A stretch of 56,418 nucleotides of DNA from a virus (taxonomy: Duplodnaviria > Caudoviricetes): IMG/VR virus record IMGVR_UViG_3300043296_000188, positions 1-56,418 of that record; one strand, written 5' to 3'. The notes below the pieces were generated by a model that searched no databases, had not been told where the DNA came from, and was given only the letters and a program-made list of their open reading frames with translations. The position numbers were made by a program, and so were the translations under genes. Positions within the stretch are counted from its first letter, which is position 1. The number at the start of each line of letters is the position of its first letter. Positions 29,992 through 39,312 of the stretch are shown piece by piece.

Positions 29992-30261
29992 TTATCCTTT
30001 CGTGTATAAATTCATTATATCTCTGTCAATAGTATCTGCCAAAGACTGAGCAGATCTTTCTATAGCCAATTGCATATGTTTATGAACTAATTGATTTTCA
30101 AGCATCGTTAAAGCTTCTTTTGCCACAACATCTGAACTGACAGGCATTTTATCAAATACAATTTTTCCTGGTATCTGCGGTAAAGCAATGCCCACAAACC
30201 CACCAATAGCACAACATGGAATAGCTGCACTTAAAAGTTTTATGAATTTACGCCTATTCAT
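29992..30261 (-). CDS. Tat-signal-like peptide fused to coat-protein fragments (mini-capsid 1)
   Basis: MNRRKFIK plus hydrophobic stretch; VSSDVVAKEALTMLENQL and LADTIDRDIMNLY match this genome's coat. Confidence 0.75.
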   Translation of the reverse strand: MNRRKFIKLLSAAIPCCAIGGFVGIALPQIPGKIVFDKMPVSSDVVAKEALTMLENQLVHKHMQLAIERSAQSLADTIDRDIMNLYTKG

Positions 30262-30418
30262 TATTTAAACCTTTCCTGTATTCAGAATCTAAAAAACATT
30301 TATTTAAAAGTTCTTCCCCTGTTTCCTCAGATAAAAGAATATCAATATCAACAGATAAACCATAATCCGCTGCACATTTAGGGTCCATCATCTTTTCTAA
30401 TTTCTCTGATTCCGTCAT
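30254..30418 (-). CDS. 54-aa acidic hypothetical protein (not in ORF track)
   Basis: ATGA coupling with portal stop; GGAG RBS. Confidence 0.45.
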   Translation of the reverse strand: MTESEKLEKMMDPKCAADYGLSVDIDILLSEETGEELLNKCFLDSEYRKGLNNE

Positions 30419-32433
30419 TCTCCTGCCCTTTCTTGTATAATCTCATTAATTAAAACTGAAATATCTTCTTTGGTTATTTTCTTCTTTTGATCATTGTCAA
30501 GTTTTATACCTTTAAGCCTTGCTTGTTCCTGTTCAAGTTTTACCTGGGCGGTATCGTTTTTAATTTGCTGCTCTTCTAACTCAGCCAGAATAAGTGGATC
30601 TTCTGGGATCTCTTCAGTTTCTTCAAACCCCGGCTGGACAAGCCCACCTTCTGTCTGAACTCCTTCTAAATTACCTTCTTGCACAAGATCGCTTTCTTCG
30701 TCAAGTTCATCTTCATTCTCAAGTAATTCAGGAGGAATAAGCTTTTTTAATCTCTGGGCAATATCATCTGCTCTATGGAAGTCTTGCATTTCAAAAAGAA
30801 GATCTGAAATAGCGGCTACGTGTTCGGGTGGTATTAATGGAAGAATTGTCGTAATCTTATCTTGAAATTCTTCTCTTTGAGTAGAATACGACCCTTCGGT
30901 TGTAATATCAACATCATACTTGCCTGTGGTTAGATTTATACCACCCTGTCCATTAACAGTTACAAGCTTTTCCTTCATGTCCTTGCCAAGAATTCTAAGC
31001 TTTGTTTCAAAATCATAAATATGAGGAATCATACCAATGATTATTTTACCTTCTGTGACTATTGCATCACTGAGATTATCAATATAAGCAAATTGTCCTG
31101 TGTCTATTTCTTGCTTTCTGCGTTGAAGGGCCACCCCGGAAGTTTCATTTGATTGTTTCCCTAACCCGGCTTTAGGCATTCCCATAGTATCTCTTATTTC
31201 TTCGTCGGATACTGCGAGTTGGCCTTGAGTTGCAGAGCTTGCCATGGCTGGTGATTCTCTGGTGGGTTTTGCATTAGGATGATCTTTTCTATATTTATAC
31301 ATTAAATAAGGTAAATTCTCGTCATTAGCCTTATCCCACTGTTTTTTATAATCATCCGTCATACAAACATCTGGCATTATGTAGGGTTGTTTCGGCTGCA
31401 ATGCTGTCGTTTCCGCGTCAATAGACCTAAAATAATTGTAAAGCCTCTGAGCATCCTTTGAATGCCTTGCAATACCTCTTGTTTCCAGCTTGCCATCAAC
31501 ACACAATTGTTTTCCCCATGTTAAAACAACCGGGAACATTGGTCCAGGTATACTGCCCTCTTCAAGTATTCTTTTTCCATCAACCTTGGCCCATTTGATT
31601 TTATATATTGGAACTTTCCTTGAATTTTTAAACTCTTCTGGTTTCTCAGCCACAACACTTCCATCGTCAAGTTGATAAAGCGTCCGTGTACCAACTTTAT
31701 CCTTATAAAAATATTCTGCAACCCTAACTTTGTCTTCTGATTGCCAGTTCGCGTATTCTGAACCATCTCGATCATAATCTACCGGAGTATAGTCATATTC
31801 TTCTTTATATGCATCTCTGCTAAGTTCTGAATCTATAAAAAAGAACATTCCATCCTGCTTATCATCCCTGATAGCAATTGGATCATACCGAACAGCAAAA
31901 GAATTTATGATACGCTCGATTCTTATTTCCTGCCTAAATAATGATTTTGGGAAGATATCGTCACCATTAGGTAATTCGTTCGTGATAAAATTGGTTAGGA
32001 TTCTCCAAGCACCTCGGCCCGAAGCCGCTGCATGTAATCCGGCATAAGAATGAACCTTTGTGGATCTGGAATTCCTCTGAATGTATCGTAAAAGCCCTTC
32101 AAGGACATCTGCCGTGTCTGGGTCGGAAACATCGTCAACAGCTTTTACTTTCAATCCTGGGGTGCTCAACCGGATATCACCGTCTATCTGATCGAGAGAG
32201 GTAGGCATTTTATTGATTGTGAGGGTTAGACGTTTATTTCCACGCTGATTTTTGACTGTATCTTCCCATTGATCCCCATTAATAAACCTAACATCATCGT
32301 TACCCTTTTTCCGTTCATCTTTTTCATTCTCAATTGATCTGTCAAAGCGTTTACGCATTAACACCATAAATGCTTCTTCTTCTGGGTTAACTGGCTTGTC
32401 TGTGGTTTCGCTGTTTTTCGGTTCATCTGCCAT
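30415..32433 (-). CDS. Portal protein (P22 gp1-like)
   Basis: GDQW, LTINKM, SGRGAWR, VRVAEYF, GIAR..KDAQR.YN, NETSGVAL..R, G.YDV.I..GSYSTQR. Confidence 0.92.
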   Translation of the reverse strand: MADEPKNSETTDKPVNPEEEAFMVLMRKRFDRSIENEKDERKKGNDDVRFINGDQWEDTVKNQRGNKRLTLTINKMPTSLDQIDGDIRLSTPGLKVKAVDDVSDPDTADVLEGLLRYIQRNSRSTKVHSYAGLHAAASGRGAWRILTNFITNELPNGDDIFPKSLFRQEIRIERIINSFAVRYDPIAIRDDKQDGMFFFIDSELSRDAYKEEYDYTPVDYDRDGSEYANWQSEDKVRVAEYFYKDKVGTRTLYQLDDGSVVAEKPEEFKNSRKVPIYKIKWAKVDGKRILEEGSIPGPMFPVVLTWGKQLCVDGKLETRGIARHSKDAQRLYNYFRSIDAETTALQPKQPYIMPDVCMTDDYKKQWDKANDENLPYLMYKYRKDHPNAKPTRESPAMASSATQGQLAVSDEEIRDTMGMPKAGLGKQSNETSGVALQRRKQEIDTGQFAYIDNLSDAIVTEGKIIIGMIPHIYDFETKLRILGKDMKEKLVTVNGQGGINLTTGKYDVDITTEGSYSTQREEFQDKITTILPLIPPEHVAAISDLLFEMQDFHRADDIAQRLKKLIPPELLENEDELDEESDLVQEGNLEGVQTEGGLVQPGFEETEEIPEDPLILAELEEQQIKNDTAQVKLEQEQARLKGIKLDNDQKKKITKEDISVLINEIIQERAGE

Positions 32434-32541
32434 TTTTGTATGTTCCTGTTTTTATGTTTTCCTCAATTTAACAACTCTTTTTTGATGTCGGTCTTGATAT
32501 ATCCGCCTTTTTACTTTTAGTATTGCGTAAAACCTCAATTT

Positions 32542-32970
32542 CTATACTTTAACCATTAAAAGATCTATTCTGGCTACTATGCAATCCCAATTAATATCAT
32601 ATGCCTCTAAATATCTTAACTTAACGCCATTTTTTATAAAGTGTTCGCCTTTGTAAATATGCTTTGGTATAGCGATATATTTTGATTTATACCCTTTCCT
32701 AATATGGCTAATGTAATATTGTTGTAAAGATGCAATAGCCGGTTCCATAAAATTAGATTCAAATTCTTTGCTGCCTTTAGTACTTTTTAAGCTTTCAAGT
32801 TTCCAATTAACGTGGAATTGCTGAACATCTTTATACGGCATGGAATAATCAAAGATATCAGATTCTACAACCTCTGCGCTCTCAATCACTGAAGCTTTCA
32901 AGAAATTAGGAAGTAAAAATAATGAAACCCCTGATATTAGTGAGGTCTTAATAAATTGTCTTCTATCCAT
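32542..32970 (-). CDS. Tat-signal-like peptide fused to a minimised coat P-domain (mini-capsid 2)
   Basis: MDRRQFIK plus hydrophobic stretch ending LKA; two ungapped blocks match this genome's coat. Confidence 0.75.
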   Translation of the reverse strand: MDRRQFIKTSLISGVSLFLLPNFLKASVIESAEVVESDIFDYSMPYKDVQQFHVNWKLESLKSTKGSKEFESNFMEPAIASLQQYYISHIRKGYKSKYIAIPKHIYKGEHFIKNGVKLRYLEAYDINWDCIVARIDLLMVKV

Positions 32971-32982
32971 TTCTAATCCTTT

Positions 32983-34425
32983 CTACCTCGCCCACCCTCC
33001 AACACTGCTGGATGATCCGGGCATATTATTTTTAATTTGATCACCTGGCTTAACAATCGCTATGTCTATACCAGTAAATGTATAGTATCTGGTCCCATCC
33101 ATCAAGTGATCTTTTTCCTTGACGATATTTCCGTTTTCATCTCTCCGGTAAATTCTGAACTCACCTAACCAATTTTGGCAGCTTGAAAAAACCTTCATCC
33201 TGCCTGTACTCAACCGCATCCAAACTTTATGTATTCCTGATTCTACTGCATTTTTAGCCATTGTAAGATCTAAGCCAAGGTCAATATAATCCTGTAATAA
33301 TTGTTCTCCGTCTCGTTGCCCTCTGCCTCTTGACGCCGGGTCAATTGTCCCGGGTATCCATTCACCAGGGGCTTGAATCGCCTTTGCATGGATAACAGGC
33401 TCTGCTTTCCCCATGTAATGCTCATGATAGAGATAAGCACAGTCATTCTCTCGATCTATAGCACCAAAAATAGCAGCAGTTTTATTCCATCCCACATCTA
33501 ATCCATAAGATTTAGGCCAGTGTTCGGGGATCCTGAATGGTGGAACTATAATATCACTTTCTGTTATTGGATATATTGCACCTGATCCAAGTTGCGGTAT
33601 CCCTTTAGTTCTTGCATCCCTTTGATAAACCGGCAGGCTTTCATATAATTTATCTCTTTGTTCTTGAGTTAAATGGGGAGCATCGTCCCAGGTAGCCATA
33701 ATAACCTTTTTTGTACCGGATTCCTTCTCTTGAATCTTTCCACCTGGCATAAATTGTAAAACCGTTTCCGTTAAACCTTCCAGGGGAGTGAATGTAAAAA
33801 GAATATGCCCGTTTGTGGTCATTGTTCTGATTAAACACTCTAAATAGATATTTAACGGGCATTCTTCATCAAGAAGGATTATATCTTGCTCTGTACCTTC
33901 AAAAGATTTACGACCTTCTTTATATGCTTTGAATTTTAATCTGGATACTCCACCAGATGAATGTTTAACTAAAACAGTGTCAACAGCATCAGGCACGCCA
34001 GCTTTAGGCGTGGTCTTTGCTATTTTATCCCCAGGGATCAAACCAGTGCCTATATCTTCTTTCGGGCCGATTAGTTTATTTTGTAGAATATCACGAGTTG
34101 TTGTGCTGGTGGTCCCAGCCGCCCAGGATTTAATAGGACGATCATATCTTAAACCATCCCACCAATCGGGGTAATCACCGGTTAAATGCATCGTAAGTTC
34201 ATAACCGCCAACACCTTCAGTTTTTCCGACGCGATTAGCAGCCATCATACACCGTTCTGAATAGTTCTTACCTGCTGCGAAAAATTCCATATGTTTTGGA
34301 TAGTTGTGACGTGAAAGCTTGCCCTCTTCAGGGTAAAATGTTGAAATTTTATTTTGGGATTTGCGACGATCTTTTTCTTTAAGGAGAGAAAGGTATTTTA
34401 TTTTATCAGCTCTTGTCTGGCTCAT
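32983..34425 (-). CDS. terL: Terminase large subunit (P22 gp2-like)
   Basis: Walker A MAANRVGKT, Walker B ILLDEE, TFTP motif III, nuclease GLDVGW and DHLMD. Confidence 0.95.
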   Translation of the reverse strand: MSQTRADKIKYLSLLKEKDRRKSQNKISTFYPEEGKLSRHNYPKHMEFFAAGKNYSERCMMAANRVGKTEGVGGYELTMHLTGDYPDWWDGLRYDRPIKSWAAGTTSTTTRDILQNKLIGPKEDIGTGLIPGDKIAKTTPKAGVPDAVDTVLVKHSSGGVSRLKFKAYKEGRKSFEGTEQDIILLDEECPLNIYLECLIRTMTTNGHILFTFTPLEGLTETVLQFMPGGKIQEKESGTKKVIMATWDDAPHLTQEQRDKLYESLPVYQRDARTKGIPQLGSGAIYPITESDIIVPPFRIPEHWPKSYGLDVGWNKTAAIFGAIDRENDCAYLYHEHYMGKAEPVIHAKAIQAPGEWIPGTIDPASRGRGQRDGEQLLQDYIDLGLDLTMAKNAVESGIHKVWMRLSTGRMKVFSSCQNWLGEFRIYRRDENGNIVKEKDHLMDGTRYYTFTGIDIAIVKPGDQIKNNMPGSSSSVGGWAR

Positions 34426-34900
34426 TGAGTTTAGCCTCTAAAGCTTTAATTTGTTTATTTAGCTGTTCTTCTGTTAAACCAGTAATCTCTAAAGTTTCTT
34501 TAACTTCTTTCTTATCGGTAAGTCCTAAATCTCTGGCTATGATATTGGCGTTAAGCATGTCAGCAGCAGCCCCAGAGAACTTTTGATCATAAATAACCTG
34601 CTCTGCCTCGTGTATGACTTCTAATAAACCATCATCTTTTTTATAGTTATACCATGTGTCTTTTGAAATCTTTAGGAAGAACCATAACCCATTCAGAGTC
34701 ATTGCTCTCATCTTTGAAACGTTTGCTCTTGTAATCTCTCCACTTGCATGAAATACTTTTTCTTCTTGCAACGGATGATCTTCACACCATTGAAAATATT
34801 TCAGACATTCATCCCAAAACAATTTTGGAGAAGAGAATATTTTATTAGCTCCATGCTTTGTTCTAAACTTCCAGAACTCATTACCTGGTTGAAATACCAT
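34406..34900 (-). CDS. terS: Terminase small subunit (P22 gp3-like)
   Basis: GNEFWK.R.KHG, YFQW.EDHPL.E, KMRAMT..GL, QKFSGAAADMLNANIIARDLGL. Confidence 0.92.
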   Translation of the reverse strand: MVFQPGNEFWKFRTKHGANKIFSSPKLFWDECLKYFQWCEDHPLQEEKVFHASGEITRANVSKMRAMTLNGLWFFLKISKDTWYNYKKDDGLLEVIHEAEQVIYDQKFSGAAADMLNANIIARDLGLTDKKEVKETLEITGLTEEQLNKQIKALEAKLNEPDKS

Positions 34901-35357
34901 CTTTACACCTTTTCAACAACTTTGTTTAGTTTTTTCAACAAAACTGAAATAATACAACCACATAACATGCCCAAATTTTGCGTTTTGATTTGTTTGAGTG
35001 TTATGGTATACATGGTTTTTGATCATTTCCCATACATAATACCTCTCGAAGAAATGGCATACAACCTGCTATACCGCCGATTGCTGCACCTGGGATTGCC
35101 CTTAAATTTGCCCTTTGATAATCTTCTAATGTGAAAGGGGAATTGTACATGATCTTGCCAAATCTCTTAAACCCTCTTTTAATATGCTTTGCGTGTTTCA
35201 TAGAAGATCCTCCACTGCAACAGTATAAGGCATAATATACTTATCGTCAAAATCTTCATTTTGATGCCATTTCATTAAAATTGCTATTTCTTCAACTGAT
35301 AAATTTTGTTCGTAAATATAAAGTGGTATACACATAGTTTTAACTCCCCTTAGATTG

Positions 35358-35687
35358 TCATAAAATCATAAACTCCATCGTAACAATTAAACAAGTCATA
35401 TGCATAGCCTGGTCTAATCCAATCACAACAAAGAACCAGTGCCTTTTTTCTTTCTGCCATAAATACGAAGTTGCCTTGGATGAGAAATAATCAACACCAA
35501 AATGTAAAACCGTATTTAATATAGCATAGTTTAACCCGATCAACAGGAATGGAATGTAATATATAAAGCAATGCAAAAGAAGATATTGAATCTTTGTGCT
35601 CTTGTTTAGAGCTACCTTATCAGACTGCAAAAAGAAATCAGCAAAGAAATGTAACCAAATTATACAAATTAAAATTAAATATTCCAT
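35358..35687 (-). CDS. DUF3307-family membrane protein
   Basis: HFFADFFLQ, H..VDY, GLDQAMH motifs. Confidence 0.8.
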   Translation of the reverse strand: MEYLILICIIWLHFFADFFLQSDKVALNKSTKIQYLLLHCFIYYIPFLLIGLNYAILNTVLHFGVDYFSSKATSYLWQKEKRHWFFVVIGLDQAMHMTCLIVTMEFMIL

Positions 35688-35953
35688 TAATAACTCTTGC
35701 CTTTATTTCGCTTCGTTCCTCTTTTCTTAGGAGGTGCTTTCTTCTGAGCTTGTTTTTTTTTGTTTGCCATTTTAGACCCCTTATTTAATAACTTTGCCTT
35801 TCTATAATTATCAGTAGCCTTACGCAACTCTTTATAAGCCTCTTGTACTTTTTTTTCATTATCTTGCTTGCCACTATTCCATTTCATATTATCCCAACCA
35901 TCGTCAAAAGCCTGGTTTGGTAGCCTTTGTTTCGATGTAGATTTTATTGACAT
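35687..35953 (-). CDS. Basic hypothetical protein
   Basis: AFDDGWD motif, Lys-rich tail. Confidence 0.5.
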   Translation of the reverse strand: MSIKSTSKQRLPNQAFDDGWDNMKWNSGKQDNEKKVQEAYKELRKATDNYRKAKLLNKGSKMANKKKQAQKKAPPKKRGTKRNKGKSY

Positions 35954-36148
35954 TTAATAGTTTACCATAATTGCTGTATAAGGGTCAATGCCACAAAGGT
36001 TATGAAAATTATATTTTGTTATATTGATACTTTTAAATGCTGGACATTTAATAATTTTACCGCCCCTGGATAGAAAGCTTTCAATTGATTCTTTTGGCTT
36101 TGTCTCATGCCTCAGTCTTTTATTTGTCCAACCGTCATTGAATGCCAT
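35954..36148 (-). CDS. Small protein with SutA-like motif
   Basis: IESFLSRGGKIIKCP; GAGG RBS. Confidence 0.5.
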   Translation of the reverse strand: MAFNDGWTNKRLRHETKPKESIESFLSRGGKIIKCPAFKSINITKYNFHNLCGIDPYTAIMVNY

Positions 36149-36317
36149 TCTTAGCCTCTAAATTATTTTATTCCTATAATTTCAACAGCTTACATTAAAT
36201 AATGGACTTTTAAATCTCTAATTACAGTATATAATAGCATAGATATGCAATTAAAAGCAAATGAAAGGTTATTTGTCTTATTTAGTTCTAATTGGTTGTA
36301 ATCCGGCCTCATCGGAT

Positions 36318-36347
36318 TTGACAAGGTCTCTGGAAAAATCGTATTAT
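36318..36347 (+). promoter_or_regulatory. Sigma70-type promoter of the early island
   Basis: TTGACA-18-TATTAT, upstream of AAAGGAG RBS. Confidence 0.6.
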
Positions 36348-36383
36348 TTATTCAATTAAATTAATCTTAAAGGAGAATACAAC

Positions 36384-36613
36384 ATGAAAAACTCAACAAC
36401 ACAGAATACAAAACTCAATTAGTTTGGACACATTACCATGAAAGAACTGATAACTTTATAATCTTTGTCGCCGGCCACGCAATTAATAAAAACTCAAGTA
36501 CTCCCAGTATAGCTAATCACATAGCCAAATCATGTGGACTTACAAGCTATGAGCATACCACTTATAAAAAAGATACTGGGCTTCCTGTTAGAACAATCGA
36601 AAGAGTTTATTAG
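36384..36613 (+). pseudogene. First early gene, frameshifted in an A5 run right after ATG
   Basis: Reads 12 aa as given; one extra A gives a 76-aa ORF MKKLNNTEYK...IERVY. Confidence 0.55.
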
Positions 36614-36667
36614 GGTATGAGATAAAGAACCATGATTAAAACAAACTTAAATAAAAGGGGAAATAAT

Positions 36668-36844
36668 ATGAACCTATTAAACGCAATCACTACACCGCAC
36701 GAAACAATTTATGTCGAAAGAGTTGGCGAATACCAGTATAATGTATATTTTTATATTGATGGGCGCGAAGTTGTTGAGTATTTTAATACTTTGGCACATG
36801 CAAACCAATTCATCATTGACAATATCAGTATTCCTTTTGCTTAA
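36668..36844 (+). CDS. Small acidic early protein
   Basis: AAAGGGG RBS before ATG 36668. Confidence 0.6.
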   Translation: MNLLNAITTPHETIYVERVGEYQYNVYFYIDGREVVEYFNTLAHANQFIIDNISIPFA

Positions 36845-36915
36845 ACCTTTAACAGGCTGCATCAATCTGGTGCATCCGATTAAGGGTTTAAACTAATAAT
36901 ATAAAGGGGTTAGAT

Positions 36916-37068
36916 ATGAAGAAAGTGTATACATATAATTCAAAAAACTATTCTTTTGCTGTCTATGTATCAAAAAACATTTATTATATATCTAACGAGC
37001 ATGGAACACGGAAAGCAACAAAGAAAGAAATTAAAATGATTTTAGCTGAAATTAATAAGCCAAACTAA
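36916..37068 (+). CDS. 50-aa early protein (not in ORF track)
   Basis: AAAGGGGT RBS; MKKVYTYNSK...INKPN. Confidence 0.55.
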   Translation: MKKVYTYNSKNYSFAVYVSKNIYYISNEHGTRKATKKEIKMILAEINKPN

Positions 37069-37088
37069 TAATATAAAGGAGCTTAACC

Positions 37089-37583
37089 ATGGATTTAATT
37101 CAAGCACTAGCAATAATTAACCCACAAGAAAAATCAGAATCTGGCCTGAAGAAAGCTTATAAAAAAGCATGCCTGCAACACCATCCAGACAAGGGCGGCG
37201 ACGTTGAAATCATGAAACTTGTAAACGCTGCTTATGACTTCCTTAAAAAATGTGACTCATGGTGGACCAACGAACAGGTACGAAAAGCTAAGAGGACAAC
37301 ACCTTTAACTGAAACAATTCAGAATATAATTGACTCAGTTAAAAACATTCCAGGCGTTAAGATTGAAATCATAGGCTCATGGCTTTGGGTGTCCGGTCAA
37401 ACATTTGATCATAAAAAAGTTCTTAAGGGTTTAAATCTTAAATTTTCCGGAAATAAAAAAGCTTGGTATTATCACGAAGGCTCTTATTCAAAACGGGGCA
37501 AAAAAAGCTTTTCAATGACAGATATCAGACATATGCACGGATCAGAAACAATAAGCGAATCAAACAAGTCAATAGCAGTATAA
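37089..37583 (+). CDS. J-domain (DnaJ-like) protein with C-terminal GSWLWVSG domain
   Basis: LKKAYKK....HHPDKGGD...M..VN.AY; C-terminal IGSWLWVSG...LK...KF...KKAWY. Confidence 0.85.
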   Translation: MDLIQALAIINPQEKSESGLKKAYKKACLQHHPDKGGDVEIMKLVNAAYDFLKKCDSWWTNEQVRKAKRTTPLTETIQNIIDSVKNIPGVKIEIIGSWLWVSGQTFDHKKVLKGLNLKFSGNKKAWYYHEGSYSKRGKKSFSMTDIRHMHGSETISESNKSIAV

Positions 37584-37623
37584 CTTTAACGCTCCGAAAG
37601 GGGCACAACAAAAGGATTAAAAT

Positions 37624-39312
37624 ATGAATACTTCCGTAATCGTAAAAGAACTTAAAGACCTCGACCAAGATTTTGAATGGTACCCGACAACTGGGGGAAT
37701 GATTGATTGTATTAAATCAGATATGATTAAATATTTTAATACAAATTACAATTCAAAAACAGAAGAGCACGGGCATTTTTTAAAATCTGTTTCTGTACTT
37801 GATTGTGGGGCTGGTGACGGTAGGGTGGTAACAGATATTTCAAATGGTGGTTCAAAATATGCCATTGAGAAAAGTCAAATACTTATCAAACAAATGCCGG
37901 ACGATGTTTTTATTATTGGAACTGAATTTTTTTCCTCAACCTTAATTGATAAAGAAGTCCAGGTTATTTTCTGCAACCCACCGTACTCTGAATATATCCA
38001 ATGGGTTGAAAAGATAATATTAGAGGCGAATTGTAAAATGGTTTACTTGATACTACCTCAAAGATGGTCTGACTCAAACGTTATTAAGTCAGCTATAGAA
38101 TCAAGAGAAGCCACCTTTAAAATTATAGGGTCTGATAATTTTCTTGACGCTGAAAGATCAGCCAGAGCGAATATTGACATCATAGCAGTTAAAATGTTCG
38201 CAGATCATGGGCAATATTCAAGAGATACCCCAAACACTGACCCTTTTGATATTTGGTTTGAGACAAATTTTAAACCAAATTCTGATAAGACGAAATCAAG
38301 TGATTATGAAAAAAAACAAGACCGAGCCAAAACATTGAAAGAAAAACTTGATGGTCAATTGACAGCAGGCCGTGGACTTGTTCCTGTACTCGTTGAACTT
38401 TACAATCAAGAAATGGAACACCTTCAGAAAATGTTCATAACCATTTGTGACCTTGACTATGACATCTTAAAAGAGCTTGACGTTGATACTAAAAATATTA
38501 AAGGGGCTTTAAAACAGCGAATAGTCGGACTTAAAAATAAATACTGGCAAGAGCTTTTTAATAATTACGGGAAAATCACAAGTAGATTAACCCATGGAAG
38601 CCGGGAATTAATGCTTAAAAAGCTTACTGATCATACTTCAATTGATTTTACAGAATCAAATATTTACGGCGTGACTGTCTGGGTTATTAAAAATGCCAAT
38701 AAATATTACGATACCCAATTGATTGACCTGGTTGAAAACATGATTGATAAAGCAAATGTCAAACTTTACAAATCAAACAAACGTGTTTTTGAAGATCAGG
38801 ACTGGCGATACTGTGGAAGAAAACCAGACGGCCTGAGTCATTACAGCCTTGAGCTAAGAATTGTATTACATCATATCGGTGGTTTAAATGGTGGGCAAGC
38901 ATGGAATACATATGATTATCCAAACAACCTGTCAAAAAGGGCTCACAACTTCCTTGACGATATAATGACAATTTCCAATAATCTTGGCTTTTCAACTCCA
39001 TCATGGACCGATTCAAGACAAGAAAGTGTATATGAATGGAAAAGCAATAAAACCAATGATTTCCATATGAATAAAATGAAAAATGAAAAGTTAATGTCTG
39101 TTAAAGCCTTCCTTAACGGTAACATGCATATAAAATTTAACCAGGATTTTATCAGAACCTTAAACGTTGAATTCGGCAGGCTTAAAGGATGGTTAACAAA
39201 CCATGTTCAGGCAAGTGAAGAGCTTAATATCCCGGTATCAAAAACAGAGAAATTTTTCAAAGCAAACTATCAGTTAACCCAAACAAGTGGACTTTTGCAA
39301 ATAGGCCTTTAA
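37624..39312 (+). CDS. Amino (N6-adenine-type) methyltransferase with DUF4942-like C-terminus
   Basis: FEWYPT, VLDCGAGDG (motif I), CNPPY (motif IV); C-terminal KAFLNGNMHIKF. Confidence 0.8.
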   Translation: MNTSVIVKELKDLDQDFEWYPTTGGMIDCIKSDMIKYFNTNYNSKTEEHGHFLKSVSVLDCGAGDGRVVTDISNGGSKYAIEKSQILIKQMPDDVFIIGTEFFSSTLIDKEVQVIFCNPPYSEYIQWVEKIILEANCKMVYLILPQRWSDSNVIKSAIESREATFKIIGSDNFLDAERSARANIDIIAVKMFADHGQYSRDTPNTDPFDIWFETNFKPNSDKTKSSDYEKKQDRAKTLKEKLDGQLTAGRGLVPVLVELYNQEMEHLQKMFITICDLDYDILKELDVDTKNIKGALKQRIVGLKNKYWQELFNNYGKITSRLTHGSRELMLKKLTDHTSIDFTESNIYGVTVWVIKNANKYYDTQLIDLVENMIDKANVKLYKSNKRVFEDQDWRYCGRKPDGLSHYSLELRIVLHHIGGLNGGQAWNTYDYPNNLSKRAHNFLDDIMTISNNLGFSTPSWTDSRQESVYEWKSNKTNDFHMNKMKNEKLMSVKAFLNGNMHIKFNQDFIRTLNVEFGRLKGWLTNHVQASEELNIPVSKTEKFFKANYQLTQTSGLLQIGL

